Assembly (NCBI GenBank): GCA_965248925.1
Contig: CBDFLE010000006.1
Span: forward strand, 2,304,001-2,368,000
Reading direction: 5' to 3'
DNA length: 64,000 nt
DNA from: Candidatus Multivoradales bacterium
Lineage (GTDB): Bacteria > Acidobacteriota > Thermoanaerobaculia > Multivoradales > J023
How positions within the stretch are numbered: position 1 is the first letter of the stretch; each line of letters starts with the position of its first letter. Under the pieces are notes generated by a model that did no database searches, was not told where the DNA came from, and saw only the letters and a program-made list of their open reading frames with translations. The translations under genes were made by a program, and so were the position numbers. Positions 1 to 12,868 of this stretch are shown in pieces.

Positions 1-498
1 CTTCGCCGGCAATCGCCAGCACTTCCTCGACCAAAGCATCACCAAGTCGAACGCCCTCTGCCGGATCGCTCGGACGACAGGGCCGATTTCGGAAAGCAGT
101 CCCTCTCGCTTCGCCTTCAAGAGAACACCGAGAGTTCCCGTCAGCGAGATGCCTAGGCGCCTGGCGTGGCGACGGCCGAGACGTTCGTCGATCACCACCA
201 AGTCGGCGCCTCGCTCTTGAGCCAGGGCAACAACCTCGGCTTCGCCCCGGTCCAGGTCTGACAAAAGATCGACCCGGTGCGGGTCTCGCAACTCCACGGA
301 CTTGATCCAAGGTGGGGCGGCGAGCCGGGGCGCACCGGCTCGAGTCGGCCCGCCAGCCTGGACTTCCAGGCGAACAGCGGCGGGGATCAGGACAGTGTCG
401 TAAAGGTCGCGCAGCAAGTCGAGTTGATCAACGATGGCCAAGGTAATGATGGGCGTCGAGTTGACGACCACCACGCGGCGGCGGTCTTCATCAGGCAT
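1..498 (-). pseudogene. DUF3368-family PIN-domain toxin; runs off the window, apparent frameshift near the 3' end
   Basis: Manual translation from ATG 498: MPDEDRRRVVVVNSTPIITL...LLRDLYDTVLIPAAVRLEV...LDRGEAEVVALAQE...LVVIDERLGRRHARRLG...GTLGVLLKAKREGL, typical DUF3368 motifs. The usual tail GVRLGDALVEEVLAIAGE lies in another frame after about position 60. Confidence 0.8.
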
Positions 499-643
499 TA
501 GCGAGATCCTGCCGAAGCTCCTCGGGATCGACGCCAACTGCCGACAACCCGAAGCGGCCCAGCAGGAACATGAACTCCACACGCCCCACCCCGGGCAGCG
601 CGAGGGCTAGCAAGGCAAAGAGCAGGCAGCGGACACGGCGCAT
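491..643 (-). pseudogene. Chimeric/truncated UPF0175-type antitoxin (50 aa)
   Basis: MRRVRCLLFALLALALP-GVGRVEFMFLLGRFGLSAVGVDPEELRQDLANA*. The C-half matches the UPF0175 tail and overlaps the toxin start. The N-half looks like a signal peptide. Confidence 0.6.
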
Positions 644-741
644 GACAACAGACTGCTTTGGGCGATTCCGAGTACGGGCTCAGGATGAATTGCGGAGATA
701 ATTCGTATCAGTTTCTTGTCAACGACCTCTATCATCGGCGC

Positions 742-975
742 ATGCGCCAACTGCGGCTGGATGAGGAGAGCGAACACCTGCGCCAGCTCCTGCAGGAGAT
801 CCGGCGCGAGTTGGGCGTCACCCAGGTCGAACTCGCAGAGCGCTTGGATGTGCCGCAGTCCTTCGTCTCGAAGTACGAGACGGGCGAACGGCAGTTGGAG
901 TTCGTGACGGTGGAGGCGGTGTGCCGGGCGTTGGGGCTGGGGTTTGGGGAGTTTGTGGGGCGGTGGGAACTCTAG
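742..975 (+). CDS. XRE-family HTH transcriptional regulator
   Basis: RRELGVTQVELAERLDVPQSFVSKYETGERQL is an HTH_3 signature. Start at ATG 742 is preferred over TTG 658. Confidence 0.9.
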   Translation: MRQLRLDEESEHLRQLLQEIRRELGVTQVELAERLDVPQSFVSKYETGERQLEFVTVEAVCRALGLGFGEFVGRWEL

Positions 976-1021
976 ATCGCCCCGACGCTATATCAGCGCC
1001 GGGACAACCTGCAGGCTAGAC

Positions 1022-4000
1022 CTACTGTTCAGTTGAAGACCAGAACGTCGTATCACCCGACTCGAAGCCGTCGTGGAACAGCAGGCCCAGCGGGCAGACT
1101 GCGGCATCCAAGATCACCACGTCATCGACCCACCAGCCCAAGCCGTCGCTCACGGCATCATCCGAACCCATCCGCCAGCGGAAGCGCACGCTGTGGCCAG
1201 CCAGGTCGCTGAGATCGACAATGGTGTTGACCCAGCCACTGCTGATTCCCGACCAAGCCTGGCGACCAGCCAGTGGATTGGCACAGCAAACATCGAGGCT
1301 GCTGTTGTAAGGCTCCGACACGAATCGTGCTGAGTTGGCAGGAATCGCGGCGCCATCGCCGTCCAGGATGTCGAACCAACTGATCGCACCATCCACCGAG
1401 TACTCCAGCACACCGCCGTCGAAGCCTGCTTCGGTTTCGTAGCGTTGCCAGAATTGGAGCGTGGCGCCGGTATCGACTAGTGGCGTGCTGAACGCAGCCA
1501 CCAGCAATTGGTCTTTGACCTGATCCTCCTCGCTGGCGAACCAGGACTGCGTGGGCGAATAGCTGTCGCTGCTCGTGACCACCCACGGCGTCGTGCCGCC
1601 GCCATCGTTCGGACCCGTTGCCGTGTTCCAGTTGACGGTGCCGTTTTCTATTTCATCGACACAGCTGATCGCGAAATCGGCACTGATCGTGACATCAGCC
1701 TCCATTGACAACTCGCATGTTTCCGTTCTGACGCAACCTCCGCCGCTCCAGACGCTGAACTTCGAACCTACGCCAGCTAGAGCGCTGAGGGAAACAGCCG
1801 CCTGATAGGGATAGCTTTCCGTGCAGTCGTTGCCACAGTCAATTCCCGCTGTGGCGCTGACCACCCTGCCGTTCCCGGCACCGGTGCGCTCAACCGCCAA
1901 CTCGTAGTCACTCGGCTCGAACGTCCCGGTGATAGTCAGGGCGCCTTCCAAGATGAAGGTGCAGGGGTCGCTATCCGGACAAGCCGCCAGATCCCAGCTG
2001 ACGAAGGAAGAAACCGGTTCGGCAATGGGCGTCAAAGTCACCTCAGTGCCATGATCGAATTCGGCCGTGCACTCTGGCTCGCAGGCGATCCCAGCGGGAT
2101 CACTGACAATCGTTCCGGCACCATCCACGATCACCGTCAGCAGATACCGATTCCGTTCGAAAGTCGCCGTGATGGTTGTATCCGCCGTGACGGTGACTGC
2201 GCAGGAGTCAGTACCTGGACAGTTCGGGTCATCCCAGCCGATGAAGTGAGAGCCCGTTCCAGGCGTCGCGGTCAGCGTGACCACTTCGCCATAGGTGAAG
2301 GTTGCTGAGCAGGTTGGTTGGCAACTGATCGCAGCTGGACTGCTCAGCACTGTCCCGTTACCGTCAACCTCCACTGTGAGTTCATAGTCCCGCGGTTCGA
2401 AGCGCGCCGTCACCTGTTTGTCGCTGTCCATGACCAGAGGGCAGTTTCCCGAGCCGCTGCAGTCGCCACCCCATTCGATGAACTCAGAACCCGCAGCGGG
2501 CGTTGTACTCAGCACGATCGGCGTGCCCGTGGGATAGGCCTCGCTACAGTCGTCGCCACAGTTGATGCCATTGGGCGAGGCGATCACCGTACCGGTTCCA
2601 GCACCGATCTTCGTCACGACCAGATTCTTGAAAGTCTGAGCCACCGGGAAAGCGTAGTCTTCGACTTCGCCGTCCAGCGCCAGTCCGGAGAAAGCGAGCC
2701 CACCGCTACTGCTGAAGCGGAAGCGCGCGAACGCCACCGCACCCGGAGTAGCTCCGCACGGCACGCTGATACTCAGCGAATTGGTACCGGCAACAAGTGC
2801 CAAGCTGGTGACTACCTGTTCGCCAGCATCGACCCAATCACCAGCGGTGTTGAAATCGATCCAGGCATCGAGCAGACCAGCGCTGGCTGCCACGACCTCC
2901 AGATCGGCGGTCTGGCAGGGCGTCAGCGCGGTCAGAACAATGACCCCATCCTCATCGGCAGCACCGCTGAGATTGTCACCATCGGCTGCCAAACTGGGCT
3001 GACCATCGACCTCGCCGTCAACTACCGCCCCGAGATGGAGCCCAGGCACGATGCCATGCCGGGCACCGTTGTCTGCCAACTTCGTCGGATACGCCCACGG
3101 TGGCCCCAGCGCTGTATCCGGCGCATCGCCAAAGTCCAGGTCACGCAGCGTCGTGGTGTCGCTGCCCTGATTATTGGTCGGATCCGGATCGGTGCTGCTC
3201 GCACCAGCAGAAACAGTAGCAGTCTGTATGATGCTGCCCGTCGCCCCGGCGGCAATCCGGCCCTGGATCTCGTAGATCTTGGACTCAGCCGGCCCCACCG
3301 TCACCGCATCGATGAGATCGCCGATCTGAGTGGGGGTACAAGCGCTGCCGGCACACCAGAGCACATCCGTGAGCTGTGGGAAAGCCGCCTGGACATTCGC
3401 CCCGCTGGCCATACTCGGCCCGTTGTTCGTGACCGTCAAGGTGTAGCCAGTGGGCTGGCCTGGCACCGCCAAGGCCAGCCCATCGTCGATCACCGCTAGG
3501 AGATCAGCCTGGTGCTCGACCACCAGTCGTACCACCTGTTGGTCATCGGAAGTCTCTGGCGTACCGTCAGAAACTGTGACGGTCACGTCCCACGCGCCAG
3601 CCGGGAAGTCGGCGGCAGACGACCAGTTGAAGACCGCACTCTGTGGCCCGGTAGAGGTCACCGTAGCGCCAGCAGGCGGGTTGGTCAGCGCGAACGTGAG
3701 GTTGTCGCCATTCTCATCTTGTGCTGTGACCTCAAGGCTCAACGCAGTGCCTGCGACTACGGTAATCGGCGAGGGGATGGGATCGAGCACGGGCGGTCGC
3801 TCCGGCCCCGCTACCCGCAGGATTTTCATTTCGGACTCGTTGTTGCTGAAGTTCAGCTCCGGAATCTGACCGGGTCCCGGTGGATTGATACGAGCCCAGA
3901 TCCTGTGCTCACCAGGAACCGAAGGCGCCACGACTGGCAGCTCGAACTGGTGGAAAGACGTAAAGTGACCGCGAACATCCGAGTAAGTGTCATAGAGCAC

Positions 4001-7000
4001 CTGCTCCACGCCCTCGACCTCGATCAGGACCTGGAACGGCACCATTCTCAAGTCGAAGCCATCCGAGCTGTTGCGCGTGTTGACCTCTAGGTCAATCTCC
4101 GTGCCGGGATCGAGCGCGTTGCTAGTGACGAAGCCCAGGCTGACGGTGTAGTCCGGCAGCACTGAGTTCATCACCGGTACCCTGGCTTGATCGAGGAAAA
4201 GCACTTGACCCGACTGGTTCTTTGCTTCGACCTCGATGTAGTAGGTGCCGGTCGGAAGCTCTTCGTCGGTCAAGAGCGTGCGAGTGCAGTTCCCATTCCG
4301 TCCCGGATTGATATTGGCCAGGTGGCAGAACTGCCCGCCGGAGCCACCGAGAATTCGCAGATCCCCAGTGGAGGCGTTGAGGACCCGGAAGTAGAGGATC
4401 ACGTACTCGCTGGACGAGCCCTGGTTGGCGACGTCGAAGCGGTACTCGGCGTTCTCTCCAGCCTCCAGGACCCCATCTTCGTCGATGACTACGCCAGCTT
4501 GCCAGCGGACCTGGGAATAGGAGGCTGGTGTTCCGTTGGAGATCAGCACCGTCGCGCTCTCCTGGCCAAAGCCAGAGCTGCCGATCTGCAAGCTCGCCGC
4601 GGTGTCCGTGAGGTCTGCTGGAGTCACCTCCGTATCGATGTCGATCTCCACCAGCGTTTGTCCTGCCGGCAGCACTACCGAGCTTGGATGGTCCAGCAAA
4701 CCGCCCGGCGTGGAACCGATCGTGATGGTGCGATTCGTGGCCTCCGGCTCTTGGAACCAGACGCTCAGCCGCACAGAATCGTTTTCCATCACGCGGTACG
4801 GATACCTGGAGAGATACATCGGCGGCTGATCAGCGAGCGGCAAAGTCCATTCGATCGTGTGGGGAAGCGGTAGCTCGCTTCCGTTATCGTCGACGACCGC
4901 CCCGGCGGGAATCGTCGCGATGTACGTCGCACCGCGTTCCAGCGTTGCGTCGCTCTGGAGGTACAGCCGGTGCCGGATAGGTGTGCCGAACTGGCTGACA
5001 ATTGGCGTGAAGGAAATGTCTGTTCCGTCCGAGCGTCGATAGGTGATATTTCCGCTGTTCGAGCCCAGACTCACCGGCCGATTAAGGAAAAACATCGGGT
5101 CGTTCGTATAAGTCGTATCGCCACTGACCGGGAAGGTGTAGAGCACAGTTAGCGCATCGGGCAGACCAAAGGAGGCCCGAATCGTCCGATCGCCGAACAG
5201 CGGGAACGAACACGTAGCAGTGCCAAAGCAAAGATCGCCGGCAAAGCCGATCCAAGTCGAGCTTCCATCAGCAGTCCCAGAAAGCGTGAAGTTCTCACCA
5301 TCAGGAATCGTGACACTGGTCGAGGTACAACCCGGCGGACAGTTCAAACTGCCCAAGATCGTGCCATCACCATCGCCTTGCTTGAGCACCGTCAGCGTAT
5401 AGCCCGGACCGGTGACCGGCGGGTCATAGGTGAAGTCGCTCGTGTCCACCTGCTCTTTGGCGCCGGTCGTGTCCTCGACGAACAGACGCAGAGTCACGTT
5501 GCCTGCACTGGCACCAAACGCTGCCGGATCGACGTTGGAGGCAGAGAAGGTACCCGAGGTGCCGCTGCAAGATGTTGATGATCCGCTGCCGCAGAGCACA
5601 GCTTCGCTGCCACCATTGACGAAGCTCACCGTGAGGCGCGCCAGACCATCGGCATCCGTAGCATTGGCGATAACGGTTACCGTCCCGGTCTGAGTGCCGG
5701 TGGGGCTGGTGATAGAGCCGGAGGGGAGGGAGTTGCCGGAGCTGGCGAGAACAAGAAACTTCAGCTCGCTGTGCACGACAAGACCTCGGCCGTCGCCGCT
5801 GATGGCGACGACCGTATGAACCGTGTCTTTGGCCACATCCGGTGGTTGCCAAACAACCTCCGTAAACCTAGCCTGGTCGATTGCGGAGAAAGAGCCCTTT
5901 GAAGCACTCCAAAAATATGTCAGAGCGTCACCATCACCGTCTTCTGAGGACCCTGAGAGGGTAATAGGCCCAGACACTGGCTGAGGTGGTGCACCAACCC
6001 CGACCAACTGCTCCGGCGCGCCTATATTAGTGTCGTCGATGTCCTGATCGAAGAATCTTCCAACTGATGACAGAGCAGCTCCTTGAGTGCCCTCAGTCCG
6101 AGCTTCAATGCCTGAAAGCTCTGGACACAGATTGCCACCAGCGTCAATCCGGCACAGAATTCGGAGACTAGAAGCAATTTTGACGATCTCAGCGCGGTTA
6201 ATATGATTCAAAGGCCTAAAATGAGAACTGCTATAACCCTCCAGGACCATTGCCCTGGGAATCGAATCAGGCACAGACTCGACCGAATCCAAAGATGCGC
6301 GAGTCATCCACGAGACATACTTGTGAGCCCAGCTGATCTCCGAACCCATCGCAGGTAGATCGTTAAACTCAACTGGGGGATGCGTAGCCAATAGCCCAGG
6401 GTGGCTCTCGTCGACTCGAAATACTTCTGAGCAGGTCTTTACCGCCTCGGCCCTGGTTATAAATCGGTCAGGAAAGAAACAAAAAGAGTTCGACTCCGGA
6501 GACTCAATATACTCATCGCCGATCTGTACGCACCTCACACCTTCCACAAATTCTTCGACTTCAGCATCGGCGACATAGGGATAGAACCAGTCGTCGGAAT
6601 TAACATCAATGAAGGTCGAACTCGCTGACTGATTGACATGCTCCCCAGCGGCCTTGTACGCGATCTTTAACACCTCAGCCCTTGTTGCCTCTCGTTCAGG
6701 CTTGAAAGTGTTGTCTGGGAATCCACCGACTATGCCCTTGGGCGCTGCGTACTTCAAATACGGTGCGTACCATTCGTTGTCAGGCACATCCGAGAATCCA
6801 GCCTCCGATGAAAAGAACCCGACGTAGTTCCAGAGATCTCGGGAGCTGCCAATAAAGTCCCTGCTTTTCACTCGAAGCTGAGAACTGCCGCCTCCGTCGA
6901 GCTGAATCGAGTCGCTGGCTCCGCAACTTAGAAGTTGTTGATGCGCGTAGTCCGGACTAGCAGAAAGGGAAGTGTAGATAAGAATAGTCTCTTTCGAGCC

Positions 7001-7879
7001 GTCTCCGTCAGTATCGGCCGAAGCGCCGAAAGTCCTGGGCCTCAGAACTGCACCTCCAGGCAAAAAATCCTTCGAGAAAGACAGTAGCTCTATTGGGCAT
7101 CTCTCTGGGCAGCCAGAACTTCCAGTTGTATCGACCCTGAAATAGGGGCAAACCTCAGCGAAGTCCTTGTGATTGTCTATGCATAGGACGCGATGGTTTT
7201 CAATTTGCTGTTCGGGAAACAGGCCGAGAGGGTCTGCGTACCCAGCTGTTACCAGCCCGCTCCCTAATCGCAACGAAAAGGTGAGCTGGCCATACTCATA
7301 GTTCGCGGGGAAGCGCCCCCCAAAAGCGGCGCTCGAAATCGCAGCAGGCACCAACCCTTCGGAGGTCCTGCCTTCTTCAATTGGAATGCTGAAGAACTCG
7401 GGCGATGGCCCCCCAAAAGACCCACGGTCCGGACAATCTGGAGAAGGGGTGCAGGATTGGTCGTCAAATGGACAGCATGGCTCCTGACGTCTGACAGGAC
7501 CCAAAAGAAGCTGAAGTTCAGCCGTATTCAAGTCAACTGCCAGGATGTAGTCATCTTCGCAACCAGCACACTGAGCCTCTTTCTTGTATAGTTCAATCCC
7601 GGACGACCCTGAAATAACCGCCTCTGGCTTGTAGCTACCGCACTGCAACTGGCCTTCGAGGGCATTTGGCACCAACACTGCGAGAGCCAGAAACACATGG
7701 GCTACGCCGTGGCGAAGAGAGACCCGAGGGCGGGGTATAGCTGAGAGAATACTGGTGAGTATCTGCCGCTGGCCCGGATAAACTTCATTTCTTCTCACTT
7801 GACCACCTCTGTGACATTCTGTCGGTTTATTTGCAGGGGTATTTTTCGTCATTTCTTCAAGATTTCTAGACGGACCCAC
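1022..7879 (-). CDS. Giant secreted surface protein: phosphodiester-glycosidase-like domain, 3 SLH repeats, Ig-like/CARDB, DUF11, GEVED, InlB-B-like repeats, C-terminal jelly-roll
   Basis: Hydrophobic signal (VFLALAVLVPNALEG); RT...LDGGGSSQL; FSDV..WY...G...F.P...TRAE x3; DPDPTNN (DUF11); DFGDAP...LDAWIDFN...FARFR...GEVEDY; repeated G.G.V.S.P.GI.C...C; ends LFHDGFESGDTTFWS. True start probably downstream of 7879. Confidence 0.85.
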   Translation of the reverse strand: MGPSRNLEEMTKNTPANKPTECHRGGQVRRNEVYPGQRQILTSILSAIPRPRVSLRHGVAHVFLALAVLVPNALEGQLQCGSYKPEAVISGSSGIELYKKEAQCAGCEDDYILAVDLNTAELQLLLGPVRRQEPCCPFDDQSCTPSPDCPDRGSFGGPSPEFFSIPIEEGRTSEGLVPAAISSAAFGGRFPANYEYGQLTFSLRLGSGLVTAGYADPLGLFPEQQIENHRVLCIDNHKDFAEVCPYFRVDTTGSSGCPERCPIELLSFSKDFLPGGAVLRPRTFGASADTDGDGSKETILIYTSLSASPDYAHQQLLSCGASDSIQLDGGGSSQLRVKSRDFIGSSRDLWNYVGFFSSEAGFSDVPDNEWYAPYLKYAAPKGIVGGFPDNTFKPEREATRAEVLKIAYKAAGEHVNQSASSTFIDVNSDDWFYPYVADAEVEEFVEGVRCVQIGDEYIESPESNSFCFFPDRFITRAEAVKTCSEVFRVDESHPGLLATHPPVEFNDLPAMGSEISWAHKYVSWMTRASLDSVESVPDSIPRAMVLEGYSSSHFRPLNHINRAEIVKIASSLRILCRIDAGGNLCPELSGIEARTEGTQGAALSSVGRFFDQDIDDTNIGAPEQLVGVGAPPQPVSGPITLSGSSEDGDGDALTYFWSASKGSFSAIDQARFTEVVWQPPDVAKDTVHTVVAISGDGRGLVVHSELKFLVLASSGNSLPSGSITSPTGTQTGTVTVIANATDADGLARLTVSFVNGGSEAVLCGSGSSTSCSGTSGTFSASNVDPAAFGASAGNVTLRLFVEDTTGAKEQVDTSDFTYDPPVTGPGYTLTVLKQGDGDGTILGSLNCPPGCTSTSVTIPDGENFTLSGTADGSSTWIGFAGDLCFGTATCSFPLFGDRTIRASFGLPDALTVLYTFPVSGDTTYTNDPMFFLNRPVSLGSNSGNITYRRSDGTDISFTPIVSQFGTPIRHRLYLQSDATLERGATYIATIPAGAVVDDNGSELPLPHTIEWTLPLADQPPMYLSRYPYRVMENDSVRLSVWFQEPEATNRTITIGSTPGGLLDHPSSVVLPAGQTLVEIDIDTEVTPADLTDTAASLQIGSSGFGQESATVLISNGTPASYSQVRWQAGVVIDEDGVLEAGENAEYRFDVANQGSSSEYVILYFRVLNASTGDLRILGGSGGQFCHLANINPGRNGNCTRTLLTDEELPTGTYYIEVEAKNQSGQVLFLDQARVPVMNSVLPDYTVSLGFVTSNALDPGTEIDLEVNTRNSSDGFDLRMVPFQVLIEVEGVEQVLYDTYSDVRGHFTSFHQFELPVVAPSVPGEHRIWARINPPGPGQIPELNFSNNESEMKILRVAGPERPPVLDPIPSPITVVAGTALSLEVTAQDENGDNLTFALTNPPAGATVTSTGPQSAVFNWSSAADFPAGAWDVTVTVSDGTPETSDDQQVVRLVVEHQADLLAVIDDGLALAVPGQPTGYTLTVTNNGPSMASGANVQAAFPQLTDVLWCAGSACTPTQIGDLIDAVTVGPAESKIYEIQGRIAAGATGSIIQTATVSAGASSTDPDPTNNQGSDTTTLRDLDFGDAPDTALGPPWAYPTKLADNGARHGIVPGLHLGAVVDGEVDGQPSLAADGDNLSGAADEDGVIVLTALTPCQTADLEVVAASAGLLDAWIDFNTAGDWVDAGEQVVTSLALVAGTNSLSISVPCGATPGAVAFARFRFSSSGGLAFSGLALDGEVEDYAFPVAQTFKNLVVTKIGAGTGTVIASPNGINCGDDCSEAYPTGTPIVLSTTPAAGSEFIEWGGDCSGSGNCPLVMDSDKQVTARFEPRDYELTVEVDGNGTVLSSPAAISCQPTCSATFTYGEVVTLTATPGTGSHFIGWDDPNCPGTDSCAVTVTADTTITATFERNRYLLTVIVDGAGTIVSDPAGIACEPECTAEFDHGTEVTLTPIAEPVSSFVSWDLAACPDSDPCTFILEGALTITGTFEPSDYELAVERTGAGNGRVVSATAGIDCGNDCTESYPYQAAVSLSALAGVGSKFSVWSGGGCVRTETCELSMEADVTISADFAISCVDEIENGTVNWNTATGPNDGGGTTPWVVTSSDSYSPTQSWFASEEDQVKDQLLVAAFSTPLVDTGATLQFWQRYETEAGFDGGVLEYSVDGAISWFDILDGDGAAIPANSARFVSEPYNSSLDVCCANPLAGRQAWSGISSGWVNTIVDLSDLAGHSVRFRWRMGSDDAVSDGLGWWVDDVVILDAAVCPLGLLFHDGFESGDTTFWSSTEQ

Positions 7880-8006
7880 CGCGACCTCCTCAGCAACTGT
7901 TTTAAATGATCCAACTAAATCGAGTGGCCGGCAAGCCGCCGTTTTGGACCTTCACTACAAAGGATGATGCCTCCACCACGAACCGGCTCCTTCACCTCTC
8001 GACCGT

Positions 8007-10859
<2,853 letters not shown>

Positions 10860-10948
10860 CGGTATCCCTCTCGTGGTCGGCACAGCACGTCGCTCTGCCA
10901 GCTGTCCTACGAAGGCGCAGAACGGCAGCGAAGTGGCTCACGCCAGCG

Positions 10949-11545
10949 TCAATTTTTTTTCTTTAGCTCGCGCGCCAGCCAGTGCCGCGCAAAGGTCCAG
11001 TCGCGCTTAACGGTCGCCCGGGAGATCTCGAGGTACTCGGCGATTTCCCGATGGGTCATTCCGGAGTAGAAGCGCAGTACGACTACATTCGCAGCCCGCG
11101 CGTCCTCTACCTCCAGTCGCCTCAGCACCTCGTCCAGCGCCAGGAGCCGGTCAGAATCCAGCCCGCCAGACGCAGGTACGCCCAGTGCCTCTTCCAGGAC
11201 GACCATGACCTGCTTCCCGCCACGGAATTCAGCCTTGCGCCGGCGGGCATAGTCGATTAGGACCCGCCGCATCTCCCGGCCAGCGAAGGCGAAAAACTGA
11301 GCCCGGCACTGGAAGTGCAGCTTCTCTTGGCCGAGGATCCTGAGATAGGCCTCGTGGACCAGAGCAGTGGGTTGCAGCGTGAGTTGGCGGGATTCACCTT
11401 GGAAATAGACCGCTGCGATTTTCCGCAGCTCCTTGTAGACCAGTGGCAGCAGGCGCTCGCGCGCCGACTCATCCCCATTCGTCCAGTCGACCAACAGTGC
11501 AGTGACCTCAGCAGGAGAGGTCAACACGGTTCCCTGTGCAGACAT
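10949..11545 (-). CDS. ECF sigma factor, TIGR02999 / STK-associated (ECF43-like)
   Basis: LLPLVYKELRKIA...TLQPTALVHEAYLR...MRRVLIDYARRRKA..RGG...TVKRDW.FAR.WL; directly upstream of the kinase. Confidence 0.93.
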   Translation of the reverse strand: MSAQGTVLTSPAEVTALLVDWTNGDESARERLLPLVYKELRKIAAVYFQGESRQLTLQPTALVHEAYLRILGQEKLHFQCRAQFFAFAGREMRRVLIDYARRRKAEFRGGKQVMVVLEEALGVPASGGLDSDRLLALDEVLRRLEVEDARAANVVVLRFYSGMTHREIAEYLEISRATVKRDWTFARHWLARELKKKN

Positions 11546-12070
11546 AGATCCGCCTCCCCGTCTACTCTCTTCGCTAAACTCCTCCAGATGGACAGTAAGT
11601 CAAACTGGAGATCGCATCAGAAGACCCCAGCAAACCAACCTCAGCTGCGCCAGGATCAATTCTAATAACATAAAGTCATAGAGAACCCCTGACCTTACGC
11701 TCCAACACGGCCACGCTAGTCGAATTGATCGGCAGAAGAAAGTATATTTTTTTCTTGCCGAGAGCACCCTACACCCAAGACGTCCGGGCCGAGCGCCACT
11801 GCTGAACTGCTTGCTGCTACTCGATCATACGCCTTTTCGCGGCGGCAGGTTACTCAACATCCTGAGCGGTGGCGAGAGTTTGAGGTTCGAAAGTCTTATC
11901 TTACATACAACTTTCGTGGCGCAACTATCTCCATTCAGAACGCAATAGCGTCCAGTAGCTTCCCAGGCACCCTCTGGATCTTACAATGGAAAACGCCTTC
12001 CCGCCTCTTTCGTTCCTGCTTTCCCTCTCCTCCTCGCTCGCTTCATTTCTTGCCTTTGCCGCTAGCTCCT

Positions 12071-12145
12071 TGGCCTATTCCGACGAAACCGACCAGCCAT
12101 TCAGATCGAAATCGGCCACTTGTCGGAGCGAAGCGACGCTGGCGC
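12071..12145. mobile_element. Orphan IS21-family-like terminal sequence (no transposase)
   Basis: Two tandem imperfect repeats (TATTCCGACGAAACCGACCA, CATTCAGATCGAAATCGGCCA) followed by TGTCGGAGCGAAGCGACGCTGG, a layout recalled from IS21-family right ends. Confidence 0.55.
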
Positions 12146-12240
12146 TCTCCTCAGCTGTAGGTGTCCTACTTTCGTTGTAGCTGGAGTCCTCCTTCCGGCT
12201 CTTCTTCTTGATTGATTGTAATCAAAGACCCCGGCGTCGG

Positions 12241-12432
12241 GGCTGTGCGTAGCTTTGGGAAACGCGGGTGGGGGGCCCGCGGGGGGTCTTTCCAAGCGGT
12301 TGTGGGAATAGCAGAGCGATTTCCGCAACCGCGGCAGCTTCCGTAGTCCATCTGGGATCTTGTCCGGATCGGGCCCCCGGCCCGCTGGCCAGTCAGGATC
12401 GGCGGGGAGGGACCTTCGCACTCATCCCAGAT
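12241..12432. repeat. Nested inverted-repeat (multi-hairpin) non-coding element
   Basis: GCGGTTGTGGGAAT(12296)/ATTTCCGCAACCGC; TTGGGAAA/TTTCCAA enclosing GCGGG/CCCGC; ATCTGGGAT(12350)/ATCCCAGAT(12424). Confidence 0.6.
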
Positions 12433-12459
12433 CCAGCTCGCTTTTCCAGTAGCAACCAT

Positions 12460-12609
12460 TCAGCGGTGATAGGGCTGCCCGATGGTGAGCCCGGAAAGCG
12501 CCCTGTAATGTTTGCAGTTGAACGTCAGGAGGGTGGCGGAATAGCCGATCGAACAAGCCGCGATCAGGGAGTCCAAGAGTCCCAGACCATGGGACAGGTG
12601 CATGCCCAT
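12460..12609 (-). pseudogene. VapC/PIN toxin remnant (C-terminal third only)
   Basis: MGM-HLSHGLGLLDSLIAACSIG..ATLLTFN.KHY...GL...QPY is a PIN C-terminus. The N-terminal LDTD region is absent. Confidence 0.75.
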
Positions 12610-12610
12610 C

Positions 12611-12868
12611 TCAACCTGTTCGCCTCTCGGCCTGGCGGCGGATCTCACGGGCGTGGGTCTGGCTGTCCTTGATGTCAGGCCGCGAACCGATCACACCTTC
12701 TCGACGCCAAGAGGCTACGAGTTCAGCCCCGTTGGCCGGCTTCGCCTTCGTCTTTGGAACGTCACCAAGCAGCCGCAGCGCGTACTGCTCGACAGGAAGA
12801 CCCAAGTGCAGCGCCTCTGCGGTGAGCCGGTGTTCCAGGTCTTTGGGTAAGTCCAGGGTTAGAGTCAT
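12611..12868 (-). CDS. Putative antitoxin (RHH-like N-terminus)
   Basis: MTLTLDLPKDLEHRLTAEA...GLPVEQYA; GGAAG RBS; ends immediately before the PIN remnant. Confidence 0.75.
   Translation of the reverse strand: MTLTLDLPKDLEHRLTAEALHLGLPVEQYALRLLGDVPKTKAKPANGAELVASWRREGVIGSRPDIKDSQTHAREIRRQAERRTG

Noticed and set aside
687-704. GAATT-N8-AATTC as an XRE operator
   Set aside because: Only 5-bp arms; could easily be chance.
2318-4873. Long + strand ORFs (393, 228, 192 aa) inside the giant gene
   Set aside because: Antisense shadows of a GC-rich gene; no motifs.
12350-12432. Possible SRP RNA or tRNA
   Set aside because: Has GTCAGG but lacks the GGAAGGAAGCAGC loop; no cloverleaf.
11986-12459. 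Short ORFs 11986-12180, 12101-12421 and 12166-12459
   Set aside because: They overlap the IS-like end and hairpins; low-complexity, with no recognisable protein features.
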